A stretch of 64,000 nt of DNA from Nitrosopumilus sp. Lineage in GTDB: Archaea; Thermoproteota; Nitrososphaeria; Nitrososphaerales; Nitrosopumilaceae. Made by a program: the position numbers and the translations under genes. The stretch is from positions 1-64,000 of the forward strand of contig CBDBCE010000005.1 in NCBI GenBank assembly GCA_965203315.1, read 5' to 3'. The notes beneath the pieces are model-generated. The model had not been told where the DNA came from. It was given only the letters and a program-made list of their open reading frames with translations, and ran no database searches. Positions 9,272-19,963 of the stretch are shown one piece after another; positions within the stretch are counted from its first letter, which is position 1; every line of letters starts with the position of its first letter.

Positions 9272-11114
9272 TAGGCTTCTCCTCTATCTCTGATGGCATC
9301 GTATCTAAAATCTTTTGATACCTAGGTTCTTTGTTCTTGCCTGCAAGTTCTGTACAAAACTCTGCAACCATTGGAATATACTTTGCGTACAGATTTGCAC
9401 GTTTTTTTGCCATCTCTGCTTGGCCACGTTTTGACATGTATGCTGCAAGTTTTCGTGCTAGATACAACAATGCTAGACGTAACTCCCTTTCTATCTCTGG
9501 ACGATCAGCTACATTCTCTTTTCCTGCTGTCTTGTATGGTATTCTGGTAGAACAGATGTGGGAGACTATTATGAATGGAGGTTCACCTTTTACCTTGTAT
9601 CTGGTCCAGTCGATATCATTTACAACCTTTAGTACTACATCGCTTCCTTCGTCATATAACAACGGAATACGGTTTGCATATCTGTATGTGTGTGGACCGC
9701 CAGTCTTTACATCTCCTCCGTATGCTATACCCATCTCTACGATGAATGGAAATCCCGAGTACGCTGATGCTGGTCGTTGTACCACAGCAACAAAGTCTGG
9801 GTTGAAGAATTTCTTGATCCCTTTCTCCAGTGGGCTCTCTCCTAACGGGGCAAGACAACTCGAGTCTGGCGCAAGAAAGTCTTCAAATCTCTGTAGCGAG
9901 TCACTGAGTTTGACTAACTCTTGGTTTGTCATGGTTCCCATTCGCTTCTCTGGTTTAAATCCAGCAAACTTGGCAAACTTTGTTGCAGTAGATGTCCCGA
10001 TACGTTGGAATCTCTTTGTAAGAAATGTGTTCAGCGGTTCTCCCTGTACAGTATTTGCAAGCTGTTTATAGTATGGACTCTCTGGATCGATATCGACCGT
10101 CTTTGACTGTGAGTCACCAAAGTCCCAATAAGTCAACTTTTTGTTACGTATGTCTAAATCTTCAATCTTGATCTTACGTAGCTGATCCATATCGATCTTG
10201 AGAAATGATATCATCGATATGACTACTCGGATTTGTCTGGATAACGTCTTCCACTTTTTGTCGGCTCTCTTTATTATGTCACTGTATGTTAGACTCTTCT
10301 TTGGTAGTTTGAGATCATGATTGATCTTTGCGATCATAGCATCGTCTATGTTTGGTATCTCGAACTGGGATTCGACTATCATGCGTCGTATTCTCTCTAC
10401 ATCAATTCCATGCGGATGCGGTCTAATGATCGTCGGTGGTGGTGGAATCTCTTTGACGAATCTTGTATGTGTATATCTATCTCCTTTGGGATCATCAAAC
10501 GTTATGGATGCATACGGTGTAATCAGCGACGTCTCGTATACATAGTTTCGAATCTTGGTACCTGCCTTGGAATAGTCTCCTTCTAGACAGATACTTACCG
10601 ATAGACCTGTCTTGGTTGCAGACTTTGTATTGTGTTTTTGAATTATGGGTTTGTTCTTTTGAATATCTAGCAGAATCTCAAACTGATCCATAGTCTTGGC
10701 ATCAGTACAACTCTTGACCGTTACCGGTCTATTGGTAGTGATCTGCCCGTACAGTATGGCCATGGTTGCACCTAGACCGAACATTCCACGTGCTTGTTTG
10801 AGGCCAAACTTTGATCCATACAGTACAGTTCCAAATGCAAGTGGTACATGCTTTGCAGATACGCCTGGTCCGTTGTCCTTGACCGTCAAGATATAATGTC
10901 GCGGATCTGACTTTTCTGGATCGACTGGTTTTATACTCAGATGTATGTCTGGAAGTATTCCTTTCTGGTCACACGCATCTAGTGCATTCTCTACAAACTC
11001 TCGAACTGCTGTGTATAGAGAACGAGTTGGATTACTAAAGCCTGCAAGATCGCGATTGCTATAAAAGAACTCACTGGGTGAGATCTGATTGAACCTCTCT
11101 TTAATTGACGACAT
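9258..11114 (-). CDS. top6B: DNA topoisomerase VI subunit B
   Basis: GHKL motifs REFVENALDA, DNGPG, GSKF..QARGMFGLG; RYANRIPLLYD. Confidence 0.97.
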   Translation of the reverse strand: MSSIKERFNQISPSEFFYSNRDLAGFSNPTRSLYTAVREFVENALDACDQKGILPDIHLSIKPVDPEKSDPRHYILTVKDNGPGVSAKHVPLAFGTVLYGSKFGLKQARGMFGLGATMAILYGQITTNRPVTVKSCTDAKTMDQFEILLDIQKNKPIIQKHNTKSATKTGLSVSICLEGDYSKAGTKIRNYVYETSLITPYASITFDDPKGDRYTHTRFVKEIPPPPTIIRPHPHGIDVERIRRMIVESQFEIPNIDDAMIAKINHDLKLPKKSLTYSDIIKRADKKWKTLSRQIRVVISMISFLKIDMDQLRKIKIEDLDIRNKKLTYWDFGDSQSKTVDIDPESPYYKQLANTVQGEPLNTFLTKRFQRIGTSTATKFAKFAGFKPEKRMGTMTNQELVKLSDSLQRFEDFLAPDSSCLAPLGESPLEKGIKKFFNPDFVAVVQRPASAYSGFPFIVEMGIAYGGDVKTGGPHTYRYANRIPLLYDEGSDVVLKVVNDIDWTRYKVKGEPPFIIVSHICSTRIPYKTAGKENVADRPEIERELRLALLYLARKLAAYMSKRGQAEMAKKRANLYAKYIPMVAEFCTELAGKNKEPRYQKILDTMPSEIEEKPIENK

Positions 11115-11673
11115 CTCGTTCTTCCCATAATTTCATTCTCTCTTCTCGCCGTCTTCTATTTATTGCCTCTAGCTTGCTGTACACTGCGCCATGTACGCTG
11201 CCCTTTGATATAGATGATACTGCATCTATTGCCATTCGCAACTGACTTGGTTCACCTATTATCGATACAGTCTTGCCGTATACAGAGATGAGTGTGTTGG
11301 TCAAATTTTCCATATTTCTTCGAGACCTGCCCTTCTCTCCTATTATCCTCCCCTTTATTCTTTCAATATTTGAGCTAGACTTGCCTGCAAACTCACGAAT
11401 ATCTACAATATGTAATGTATTATCTACCTCTAGCAGTCTTAGTGCATTCTCTGGTGAAAATCCTCTACCAATAGCAGTCACTATCTCTACTGCCTTGAAT
11501 GGTTGAACTATATCTATATCGCCTTTTGCACGTATCTTGACTTGGCCTGTCTGGCCATCTATATCTAACTCTACGTGACACCTCTTCTCGATCTCTGCCT
11601 TTATGCTACCTGATCTACCAATGAGAACTGCTACTCGCTCTTCTGGTATCTTGACCGTCTTTACAAAATTCAT
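11101..11673 (-). CDS. KH-domain pre-rRNA processing protein (Dim2/Pno1)
   Basis: VLIGRSG, AIGRGFSPE, RIKGRIIGEKG. Confidence 0.9.
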   Translation of the reverse strand: MNFVKTVKIPEERVAVLIGRSGSIKAEIEKRCHVELDIDGQTGQVKIRAKGDIDIVQPFKAVEIVTAIGRGFSPENALRLLEVDNTLHIVDIREFAGKSSSNIERIKGRIIGEKGRSRRNMENLTNTLISVYGKTVSIIGEPSQLRMAIDAVSSISKGSVHGAVYSKLEAINRRRREERMKLWEERDVVN

Positions 11674-12440
11674 TCTGTAATCACCTTGAACAAAACTTTT
11701 GGTTCTTCCACCAAGACTCCTCTCTTACTAAAGAATCGATTAATATTATAAATATCTCTTTTTAGAAATTCGTCTGCACATGGATGACAAACATCTACTG
11801 CCGATCCTAGATCAAACACAACTAGACCCCTATCTGTCTTGAATATGTTATACTCTGAGAGATCTCCATGAACCAATCTGGCTCTCTTGTACATGTCTTT
11901 GATTATCTTGATCGTCTCTTCATAATCCTGCTGTTCTATCGCGGACTCTAGCAGTAGATTGGCTGGCACTCCATGTTCACCGATAAAGTCCATGGCAAGA
12001 ACGTTGTTTGATATGTGACGTGGTTTTGGAACAGCAATGCCTGCATTATAACACTGAGTCAAATTTCTAAACTCTTTTTGTGCCCACAAGTAGACTAGAT
12101 TTCTTGTACCTTTCTTTATCCGTCTAAATCTCGGATCGCCTAATATGTACGACTGTCTCTTTTTAAAATTTGATGTTGTTACTAGGTAGATCTTTAGTGC
12201 CACATCACAACCATTATCGTCTACTCCCCAAAAGAGAACCGACTCTTTTCCTGCATTTTGTACTCCATTGACATATGCTATGACGTGTCTCTTGATCATA
12301 TTGTATAACGTCATGACGGTCGACTTGTCTAAAACCTCGTTGATTACTTTGTTCTTCTTGAATCCATCATCTATCTGAAATTGTTTTTTAGCAAGCTTTT
12401 TGTCTATGGCTGACTCTATTTTTCTACTAATTTCAGACAT
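11670..12440 (-). CDS. rio1: RIO1-family Ser/Thr kinase
   Basis: GKESVLF, ALKIY, WAQKEFRNL, LVHGDLSEYNI, FDLG. Confidence 0.92.
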   Translation of the reverse strand: MSEISRKIESAIDKKLAKKQFQIDDGFKKNKVINEVLDKSTVMTLYNMIKRHVIAYVNGVQNAGKESVLFWGVDDNGCDVALKIYLVTTSNFKKRQSYILGDPRFRRIKKGTRNLVYLWAQKEFRNLTQCYNAGIAVPKPRHISNNVLAMDFIGEHGVPANLLLESAIEQQDYEETIKIIKDMYKRARLVHGDLSEYNIFKTDRGLVVFDLGSAVDVCHPCADEFLKRDIYNINRFFSKRGVLVEEPKVLFKVITE

Positions 12441-12476
12441 GCATTATCTCCAGTTTGTGAAATGACTCTTGCATAT

Positions 12477-12776
12477 CTACATCTTGAATACTATGAGAAA
12501 CGGAACTCCATCTATCTCTCTCACTCCTTTCTCGTTTCCTATCTTGAGATCTAGTGCAAGCGATATTGTATCTCTGCCTACCATGTTTATGATTGATGCA
12601 CCTTGCAACAGTTCTATCGCGTCTTCTTTGTGGACAAATCTCTCGCCATAGTACATCTCTGTTATGTGTATCTTTAAGTCGGATTCTGTTATCTCTCTCC
12701 CAAGTAATTGAGCATCACATATGTTGAGCATTGAGTTCTTTTGATATCTTGTTGTCTTGACTGAAAACTGCATCAT
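12477..12776 (-). CDS. DUF424 family protein
   Basis: NICDAQLLG, YYGE, ASIINMVG motifs; typical context next to aIF-2beta. Confidence 0.8.
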   Translation of the reverse strand: MMQFSVKTTRYQKNSMLNICDAQLLGREITESDLKIHITEMYYGERFVHKEDAIELLQGASIINMVGRDTISLALDLKIGNEKGVREIDGVPFLIVFKM

Positions 12777-13192
12777 GCATACTTGCCTTTCAATGTTGAT
12801 TTGGCTCCACACGCTTCACAGACTAGAAATGATATTCTGTTCTCTTTCTGAATTCTTGTGTCTGGACTCTTACATGTAGGACACTCTAGATAATCTTTAA
12901 CATATATCTGAAAAAGTCTGGCAAAGTCTTCTGGCGCTCGCTTGCCGATAAACATGGCCTTGTCTCCTAGTCTCTCTGCGGGTACTGCAAACTCTTTTGA
13001 TAGATACTGTAAAACTTTGTCTGAATCTCGTCGTAGTACCTTGGGAAATTCTGAAAAGTTACGCAAGAATGTCTTTTGACCTTCCCACATCACATCGACT
13101 ATTGGCAGCTCAAACCTCGATGTGGTGTCTAGTTTGGATTGTCCTAGTTGGTCATGTATACGTTCTAGTAAGTTCTCGTACGATAAAGCCAA
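12773..13192 (-). CDS. eif2b: translation initiation factor 2 subunit beta
   Basis: YENLLERI, RFELP, CPTCKSPDT, CEACGA zinc ribbon; TTG start inferred. Confidence 0.93.
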   Translation of the reverse strand: MALSYENLLERIHDQLGQSKLDTTSRFELPIVDVMWEGQKTFLRNFSEFPKVLRRDSDKVLQYLSKEFAVPAERLGDKAMFIGKRAPEDFARLFQIYVKDYLECPTCKSPDTRIQKENRISFLVCEACGAKSTLKGKYA

Positions 13193-13239
13193 TAAAAAAT
13201 AATAAAAAAATAACCTTATATTGGTTTTTGTAGGTGTAT

Positions 13240-13386
13240 CTAGTTCATCTTTCCTATACGGAATACGTTGGTACCACACTTTGAACAAGTACCTTTAACT
13301 GCCGGTCGCCCGTTCTTCAGTTCGGTCTCTTTGGGATCTTTGATCTCTGTCTTTGCTCGGCATTTTACGCAATACGCTTCAACCAT
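13240..13386 (-). CDS. small Zn-ribbon protein (DUF5679-like), 48 aa, not in ORF track
   Basis: MVEAYCVKCRAKTEIKDPKETELKNGRPAVKGTCSKCGTNVFRIGKMN; upstream TAAATA box. Confidence 0.85.
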   Translation of the reverse strand: MVEAYCVKCRAKTEIKDPKETELKNGRPAVKGTCSKCGTNVFRIGKMN

Positions 13387-13741
13387 TCTGAAACTGCTCA
13401 AACACGCCTATATTTAGACAGAGTTTGTAAAGATAATTAGATAATTAACGATATTTTTCTTTGGTAATCTGATAAGCGATCGGCTTTTGATAACACATGC
13501 ACAAAGGTATGATCTAGATCAGACTTTGTAATGTATCGTATAATCTTACACTACAAAATAATGATCGCTTGATATGAGTCTAGATGTTTGTCATGGCAGA
13601 TCACTAGATACATGGGTTGGCCAAAATGGACTAAAGTTTATGATTGGATCGTGTATCTGGATGTACAATATCTTTTGTATGATGTACTGAACTAGATCAT
13701 TGATCTCAAATTATAAACTAGTCGATAATGTGATAACATCA

Positions 13742-14236
13742 ATGGTCTCTAAGCGAGGTGTGGTGGTAACGGGTGTAGTGTTGGCTGCCATCACTTTTGC
13801 AAGCTTTATGGTTTGGTTTATTCCTCCTGATGCTGAACAGATATTTGTTGTGTCGGATTATGAACAGTATCTTGATGGAGTGAAGAGCATTAATGAGATT
13901 CTACTAGAGTCAACTCAATTAGAATATAACAAACTCTTACGCGGTGAGATATCTCCATCCGAGTATATCTCTAGTTCAGAGATAACAACATCGCAGCTGA
14001 CATCACAGATAGCCGAGTTTGTGACATCAAAACCTCCAGAGCCATGGCAATCTAGTTACATCAACTATATGGAGTCTATGAAAAAGTTTGATGAATATAT
14101 TACAGAGACTGTAGTATTTGCATCAATAATTGAGGATGGTTCAGAACAAGAGAAGAGAGATCTGAAAAACCAAATCGATGTTCTATTTGAACAATCTAAA
14201 GAACTTGCAAGAATGTCAGATGCCGCTAGACCCTGA
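13742..14236 (+). CDS. conserved membrane-anchored helical hypothetical protein
   Basis: N-terminal TM helix, KPPEPWQSSY motif. Confidence 0.75.
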   Translation: MVSKRGVVVTGVVLAAITFASFMVWFIPPDAEQIFVVSDYEQYLDGVKSINEILLESTQLEYNKLLRGEISPSEYISSSEITTSQLTSQIAEFVTSKPPEPWQSSYINYMESMKKFDEYITETVVFASIIEDGSEQEKRDLKNQIDVLFEQSKELARMSDAARP

Positions 14237-14489
14237 TCAGCGTGACATGTATCTTGTAGTTCAGAGACTAGTATGCGTTTCTTGGTACACGTGTTCTTGA
14301 TGATTTTTGAAGTAGAATATCTCCAATCTATCTGCTTTACACCAATTTGCAAAAATGTTGCCTAATCTATTTGCTCTGTATGATCAATACAAACATTACA
14401 CTAATGCATGGTGTTTCTATTCCTGGGACGATTTTGTATCTTGCAGCAGAGTGTTGTATCTTGCATACAGGTATCGCTAACTCTACAAT

Positions 14490-14631
14490 AGACTGTATGC
14501 GTATTATTAAGAGTGCCCATATCCAATCATCAAAAACGATAACAATGAATCAATTTGCCTCTAGAAATTACACAATGTGTTTTATTGTACCTTAAAATGT
14601 GCGTATGATGTAAGAAATACGCATACAGTCT
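14490..14631. mobile_element. MITE family C (~141 bp), copy 1
   Basis: TIR AGACTGTATGCGTATT / AATACGCATACAGTCT; AAT on both flanks; copies at 55475 and 59283. Confidence 0.85.
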
Positions 14632-14767
14632 AATATCGGATATGGTTAATGTCTCTCAAACTGCTATTGGTAGATTTGTAAAACAAAGATCAATACTACA
14701 TTGGCAGTGGAATCATGAATACACATTTCACCACAAATTATAAAACTAACGACACTCATTGTACAGT

Positions 14768-15031
14768 ATGAATGACCGAGCCGAAGAAGATAAACTATTG
14801 GGAGAACTGTTGGAAAAAGTAAAAGGCAAATTAATCACAGAGGTTCCAAAAGGTCCAAATAAGCATAAAAATCGTTTGATGGAAGCTAAAGCTACACTAC
14901 ACAACTATAATGTACTCTGGGATCACAAAAACGACAAACCATCACTAGCACTTGAACTCTTGAAGAAGAGATGGGAAGAAGATATGATAAGAAAACATGA
15001 GCCAAGACTAGACGTGAATAAACGAACTTGA
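14768..15031 (+). CDS. small hypothetical protein
   Basis: Charged helical ORF with upstream TTATAAA; lies between two MITEs. Confidence 0.5.
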   Translation: MNDRAEEDKLLGELLEKVKGKLITEVPKGPNKHKNRLMEAKATLHNYNVLWDHKNDKPSLALELLKKRWEEDMIRKHEPRLDVNKRT

Positions 15032-15182
15032 ATTGACAAAAAGTCATCTAGTCTGCACCCACATATTTCATGATCGGGTATTCTAGAGTTGGGTTAGTCT
15101 AGTATTTAGTCTAGTATTTGGTCTAGAACTCAATCAAGATGTCCAACATTGGTAGAACATACGAGCAGATTTCTCTGTTCTA

Positions 15183-15292
15183 GGATCTCTTTGATTTACC
15201 TGGGTGTGGTATTTTAGAAGATTTTACTAAAAATGCTCCTATAAAGTCTAGCACTTTTGTTAAAACCATGTCCCACAAAATCAGAGAGATTC
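15183..15292. mobile_element. MITE family B, copy 3 (degenerate)
   Basis: GGATCTCTTTGATTTACCT...AAATCAGAGAGATTC. Confidence 0.6.
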
Positions 15293-15417
15293 TGACTCTA
15301 GGTTGTCACTATTGTACATTTTGAACATGCGTTAAATGGATCTCTGTTCTGAGACATGTACAATCTTGATCTCTTGACTAGGAAATTCTTAAAAAACATG
15401 TCAATCCTAACAATTGT

Positions 15418-16557
15418 ATGTCAAATCAGTCATCTGAGCTCGAAGGCAAGGTTACTACTAAAGACAACCGTCTTGTCGTAATCTGTGTTGATCGAGACAA
15501 CGATGTTGGGGAAAAGGCAGGAATAACCACCCCTGTGATTGGTAGAGACAACTGTATCGAAGCAGCACAAAGACTGGCACTTGAAGATCCAGAAGATGCT
15601 GATGCCAACTCTATATTTTCTGCCATCAAAACCTATGAGGATTTGATCAGCAAAGGGTATCATGCCGAGGTCGCAACCGTTGCAGGTGTCAAAGAACGTG
15701 GCGTCGAGGCAGACGAGAAGATTCTGAATGAGACTAGGCAAATTTTGAGTATCTTCTCTGCAACTGGGGCTGTAATAGTCTCTGATGGCGAAGATGATGA
15801 AAGTGTAATACCTGTAATTCAAAACGTGGTTCCTGTAATATCGGTAAAACGTGTAGTCATGAAAGTGAGTCGAAGTGTCGAGTACTCGTATGCTGTGTTT
15901 GGCAAGTACCTAAAGATGATAGCGTATGACTCGAAATACTCTAAATTCTTTCTAGGTGTTCCAGGTATACTGTTGTTGATCGGTGGAATTGCTACAATAT
16001 TTGACTATACAGCTCAGATATTTGCCGTACTGGTGAGTATTCTTGGAGGAGCATTCGTAGTTAGGGCATTTGATATCGACAAAGCTTGGTCTAGTTGGTC
16101 AAAACCAACTCCGATGGGATTCATTAGGCTATTTACCGCTGTTACTGGCGTCTTGTTACTCTTATCATCAGTGCCGGCTGGGATTAGTTCGATCGACTCT
16201 GAACTCATCGAGTCTGATGTAGATATAACTGCCAAGATAACCGATCAAGTGATAATCGGACAGTTCATCGCTGGAGCACTACCGATCTTGTGGATAGGGA
16301 TGGCTGCAATATTTCTAGGTATATTGTTGAGTAACTGGATCGGTGGAGTTCCGAGACAGATAAGCGATATCTTGAGAATAATTGTCCTTGCTGCCCTATA
16401 TCCAACTATTGCACAATTCACTCGTATAATGATACATGATGAGAGTTCTTTTACTCTAGTTCCTCCACTTATAGCTGGTCTTGCAGTCACGTTGATATCG
16501 GCTACGATCTTGTTCAAAAAATATCGAAGAAAGAATCAAGAGATGGTATCTGATTAA
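15418..16557 (+). CDS. DUF373 family membrane protein
   Basis: LVVICVDRDND, DPEDADAN, VSDGEDDE and C-terminal TM helices. Confidence 0.88.
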   Translation: MSNQSSELEGKVTTKDNRLVVICVDRDNDVGEKAGITTPVIGRDNCIEAAQRLALEDPEDADANSIFSAIKTYEDLISKGYHAEVATVAGVKERGVEADEKILNETRQILSIFSATGAVIVSDGEDDESVIPVIQNVVPVISVKRVVMKVSRSVEYSYAVFGKYLKMIAYDSKYSKFFLGVPGILLLIGGIATIFDYTAQIFAVLVSILGGAFVVRAFDIDKAWSSWSKPTPMGFIRLFTAVTGVLLLLSSVPAGISSIDSELIESDVDITAKITDQVIIGQFIAGALPILWIGMAAIFLGILLSNWIGGVPRQISDILRIIVLAALYPTIAQFTRIMIHDESSFTLVPPLIAGLAVTLISATILFKKYRRKNQEMVSD

Positions 16558-16618
16558 TCTATATGTGGGATAATGATCTATAACCTCAAAATGTTTAACG
16601 TTGCTTGGGTGCTTTCAT

Positions 16619-17410
16619 ATGTCTAGAGTCAAAGATACTATTCTTCATCTATCGGGATTATACAAGATATACAGTAACCGTCTAAAGGGTGAGATAAAGG
16701 AAGGAGCAATACCGAATCATATCGCTCTCATCTTGGATGGTAACAGAAGATGGGCAAAACGACATTTGAGTATGCCTATCGATGGACATTGGCGCGGTGC
16801 AGATGCTGTTGAGAATCTACTAGATTGGTGTGACGAATTTGACATTAGAATAATCACTCTGTATGTATTATCTCTGGAGAATCTAGAACGCAACGATGAT
16901 GAACTAGATCACCTGTATGATCTGATTCGTATGCGACTAGAGAAACTGTACAACGATCCAAGAATTCATCATAACAAGATGCGAGTAAAGGCGATAGGCA
17001 GCATCGATCTCTTGCCCGACTCTATCAAAGCGATTCTTGCTAAATTAGACGTCGCCACCAAAGACTATGATAACAGATATCTAAACATCGCATTGGCGTA
17101 TGGGGGACAATACGAGATGGTCGATGCTGTAAAGCAGATATGTGAAAAGATCAAAGAAGGCAAGATAGATATCAAAGATATCGACAAGAGAGAGATCGAG
17201 TCAAATCTGTACACATCACATTTACCACAACCGTCTCCCGATATGATTCTGCGTACATCTGGTGAACAGAGGCTTAGTGGATTCCTGATGTGGCAGAGTG
17301 TCTATAGCGAACTTGTCTTTATGGATGTCTTTTGGCCAGAGTTCAGAAAGATTGATTTGATGCGAGCCATTAGGACATTTCAAGAACGGAAGCGACGATT
17401 AGGAAGATGA
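16619..17410 (+). CDS. uppS: polyprenyl (undecaprenyl-type) diphosphate synthase
   Basis: HIALILDGNRRWA, ILRTSGEQRLSGF, FWPEF. Confidence 0.95.
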   Translation: MSRVKDTILHLSGLYKIYSNRLKGEIKEGAIPNHIALILDGNRRWAKRHLSMPIDGHWRGADAVENLLDWCDEFDIRIITLYVLSLENLERNDDELDHLYDLIRMRLEKLYNDPRIHHNKMRVKAIGSIDLLPDSIKAILAKLDVATKDYDNRYLNIALAYGGQYEMVDAVKQICEKIKEGKIDIKDIDKREIESNLYTSHLPQPSPDMILRTSGEQRLSGFLMWQSVYSELVFMDVFWPEFRKIDLMRAIRTFQERKRRLGR

Positions 17411-17826
17411 TCAACGAGATATCAGCTGGTATTGTACTGTTTAGACGAGATGGAGACAAAAGTCTATTCTTGTTACTATGTTATCCTGCTGGACACTGGG
17501 ACTTTGTAAAAGGCAAGGTCGAGGGTAACGAGACACTACGTGAGACGGCAATACGCGAGACTAGAGAAGAGACTGGCATACTTGATATGCGCTTCTACGA
17601 TACTTTTGAAGAACGTATACGATACGAGTTCGAGTACGATGACACTCTTGTACACAAAGAGGTCGTGTTGTTTCTTGCTGAGACTAAGACGGAACAGATA
17701 CAACTGTCTCATGAGCACTTGGACTCTGTTTGGTTGGATTATGGGACTGCTATACAAACTATAACCTTTGATAACGCAAGAGACGTACTCGACAAAGCAT
17801 ATGGTGTATTGCACAGATCTATATAG
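17407..17826 (+). CDS. Nudix hydrolase (Ap4A hydrolase-like)
   Basis: KGKVEGNETLRETAIRETREETG Nudix box; LSHEH. Confidence 0.88.
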   Translation: MINEISAGIVLFRRDGDKSLFLLLCYPAGHWDFVKGKVEGNETLRETAIRETREETGILDMRFYDTFEERIRYEFEYDDTLVHKEVVLFLAETKTEQIQLSHEHLDSVWLDYGTAIQTITFDNARDVLDKAYGVLHRSI

Positions 17827-18541
17827 ATGACAACTCTTTGGCCACGTTTATGGGATTTGATGCGTTTAAGATGCTTCGTCCAGATATTAGATAGCGTGCT
17901 CCAGAGTCAACTGCATCTGCTGCACTGCCGCCCTGAACTCCTACTCCTGGTGTAAATATATCGATCTTGGAGTTTGTGGCACAATACTTTATGATATCTG
18001 GAAACGTTGCTCCCACTACTATGCCATCTACATCTGCTGCAATAGCCCACTCTAAAAAGAGCTGATAGATGTGTTTTGTAGACTCTAGTTGCATGTCATA
18101 TGATATTCTAGCTTCTGGTGAGCTCATATGACATAACGTGATAACACCTCGCTTGTTGTGATGAGCGTTCTCTACCAGCCGTTTCAGGCTCTCTGGACCC
18201 ATTATCGGATTTGCGATCACAGCATCAAAGCCCATCTCCCAAAGATGGTTAACTGCAACTTGATTTGTATTAACGATATCGTTTAGTTTGATATCGGCGA
18301 TACATTCTAGTCCATATCGATGTGCTGTATCTGTAATTCGTGTTATCTGCGTCTTTCCTAATGGGAGTAGCAGATGAAAGTTTAGTTTGATCCCACAGAT
18401 AAATCGATGTAGCTGCTCTATGTTCTGTATGGTCTTTGTTTCTATGTTGTCTGTATCGTGGCTGTAGTCATTTGCAAGAATGGTCCTTCCATTGACTCTA
18501 GATATCTCTTCTAGTCTAGTCTTAAAGGTGGTCATAATCAA
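17819..18541 (-). CDS. pyrF: orotidine 5'-phosphate decarboxylase
   Basis: ADIKLNDI, GIVVGAT, TPGVGVQGG, ISGRSI. Confidence 0.92.
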   Translation of the reverse strand: MIMTTFKTRLEEISRVNGRTILANDYSHDTDNIETKTIQNIEQLHRFICGIKLNFHLLLPLGKTQITRITDTAHRYGLECIADIKLNDIVNTNQVAVNHLWEMGFDAVIANPIMGPESLKRLVENAHHNKRGVITLCHMSSPEARISYDMQLESTKHIYQLFLEWAIAADVDGIVVGATFPDIIKYCATNSKIDIFTPGVGVQGGSAADAVDSGARYLISGRSILNASNPINVAKELSSI

Positions 18542-19196
18542 TCAAAGGATGTGTGTCTTTTAATTTTATAATCTTGACATAAGAGTAACCATGTTCAGTT
18601 GGACAGTTTACAAATACTGGTTCCGTATTGTTTGACGTAGAGAATTTTAGGAATGGTTTGTTTGGTTGTTCATCTAGTGTTACATGACAAAAGTATGATG
18701 TGCCTTCTTCCTGAAAGTTCATGAACACACCTAGCAGCCACTTGTGCTTGTGTGGAAACAGAAAGAGTGGAAATGGTATATCGTCAAATCCCCACGTGAG
18801 TTTTACGAGGCTGGACATGTCTTCAAGCTCGATGGGTTGATATCTATCTAGCGTGCCGTTTCCTGGTCTAAGCGTCTTGGGAAGTGTCTTTATTCTAACT
18901 ATTGGTGAATAGAGCTTGCTAGAGTCTGATGTAGAGTTTACTATTGTCGACTCTTCCTTGTCTCCACGTAATCCATAACAGAGATAGTCTCCTTTGTTCT
19001 CTAGTGGCGTATAGTATACTATTGGTTTCTCTTGAAGTACGTCCATTTGGACTGATAGTATCTTCTCACCATCATGATCGTGTAGAAATGATACTCTGGG
19101 AGCACGTTCTAACGCACATACAAGTCTAGAGAACTCGAGAGTAGAACTGACTTGTATATAGCGTGGCAGTCTGTCAACCATTTGTACCTTATCCAC
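18522..19196 (-). CDS. conserved thaumarchaeal hypothetical protein
   Basis: 224-aa ORF overlapping pyrF start. Confidence 0.75.
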   Translation of the reverse strand: MDKVQMVDRLPRYIQVSSTLEFSRLVCALERAPRVSFLHDHDGEKILSVQMDVLQEKPIVYYTPLENKGDYLCYGLRGDKEESTIVNSTSDSSKLYSPIVRIKTLPKTLRPGNGTLDRYQPIELEDMSSLVKLTWGFDDIPFPLFLFPHKHKWLLGVFMNFQEEGTSYFCHVTLDEQPNKPFLKFSTSNNTEPVFVNCPTEHGYSYVKIIKLKDTHPLIDYDHL

Positions 19197-19963
19197 GTGG
19201 TTTATTATTGATATGTTAAATTAAACATTTGCTCTAGACTGTATCTATGATGTATAGGCACGAGAGATGAGACACTTGTGCCTGAGATATTGTACTAGCT
19301 TGTGTTGATGTGCATGTTATGTACTCGTACGCTATTGTACAATACACTCGATTAGATGTCGAGTTGTATGTCTCTAGTACAAAACTGTATTGTACAAAAC
19401 CCATAAAACATAACAAGTTGAAAATAATCCAAAATTAAATCTGCGATATTCTAAACATGTGTTATTTGACAATACGTACAAAACACATCTCAAATGGTAT
19501 GTTTGGAAATCATCCGATTGAATATAGGTGACTGTTTTATGGTTCAATTGATCTAGTTTGAAAGTCTCATTCTATCTGATCTGATATTTTAGATCATTTG
19601 GACACTATGATGTGTTCCCCTCTTGATATTTGTAACACTGGTACTGACGCTTACCATCTAATCTCTGTTCTTGTGATATTGTGCATGAAGTTGCGATTTT
19701 CTATATCGTTGTCTCTTCACTAGTTTGTTGCCGATCCGTTCATGTAGAAACAAACTATGCTGTTGAACATCACGATTTAACTATGAAGCCAAAAAAAGAT
19801 TAGGATTGGCCATGTTGAATGAATGTCTCTAAATTAGACGACTAGAGAAATATTCAGATCAAATGCATACTAGTCGGAGTTGGATACGGAGGATCAAGAT
19901 TTGAAATATGATCTGATATCTGAATATGAAATCTAGACTATGTAGATTTGTTTAGATCACAAA

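Noticed and set aside
9331-10071. Long antisense ORFs over top6B (also over purA, S-layer, ureC, dur3)
   Set aside because: Shadow frames of well-supported genes
14347-14595. 82-aa ORF
   Set aside because: Runs through MITE C, no protein-like features
19387-19475. Possible degenerate MITE (GTATTGTACAAA / TTTGACAATAC)
   Set aside because: Short imperfect IR, no second copy or TSD
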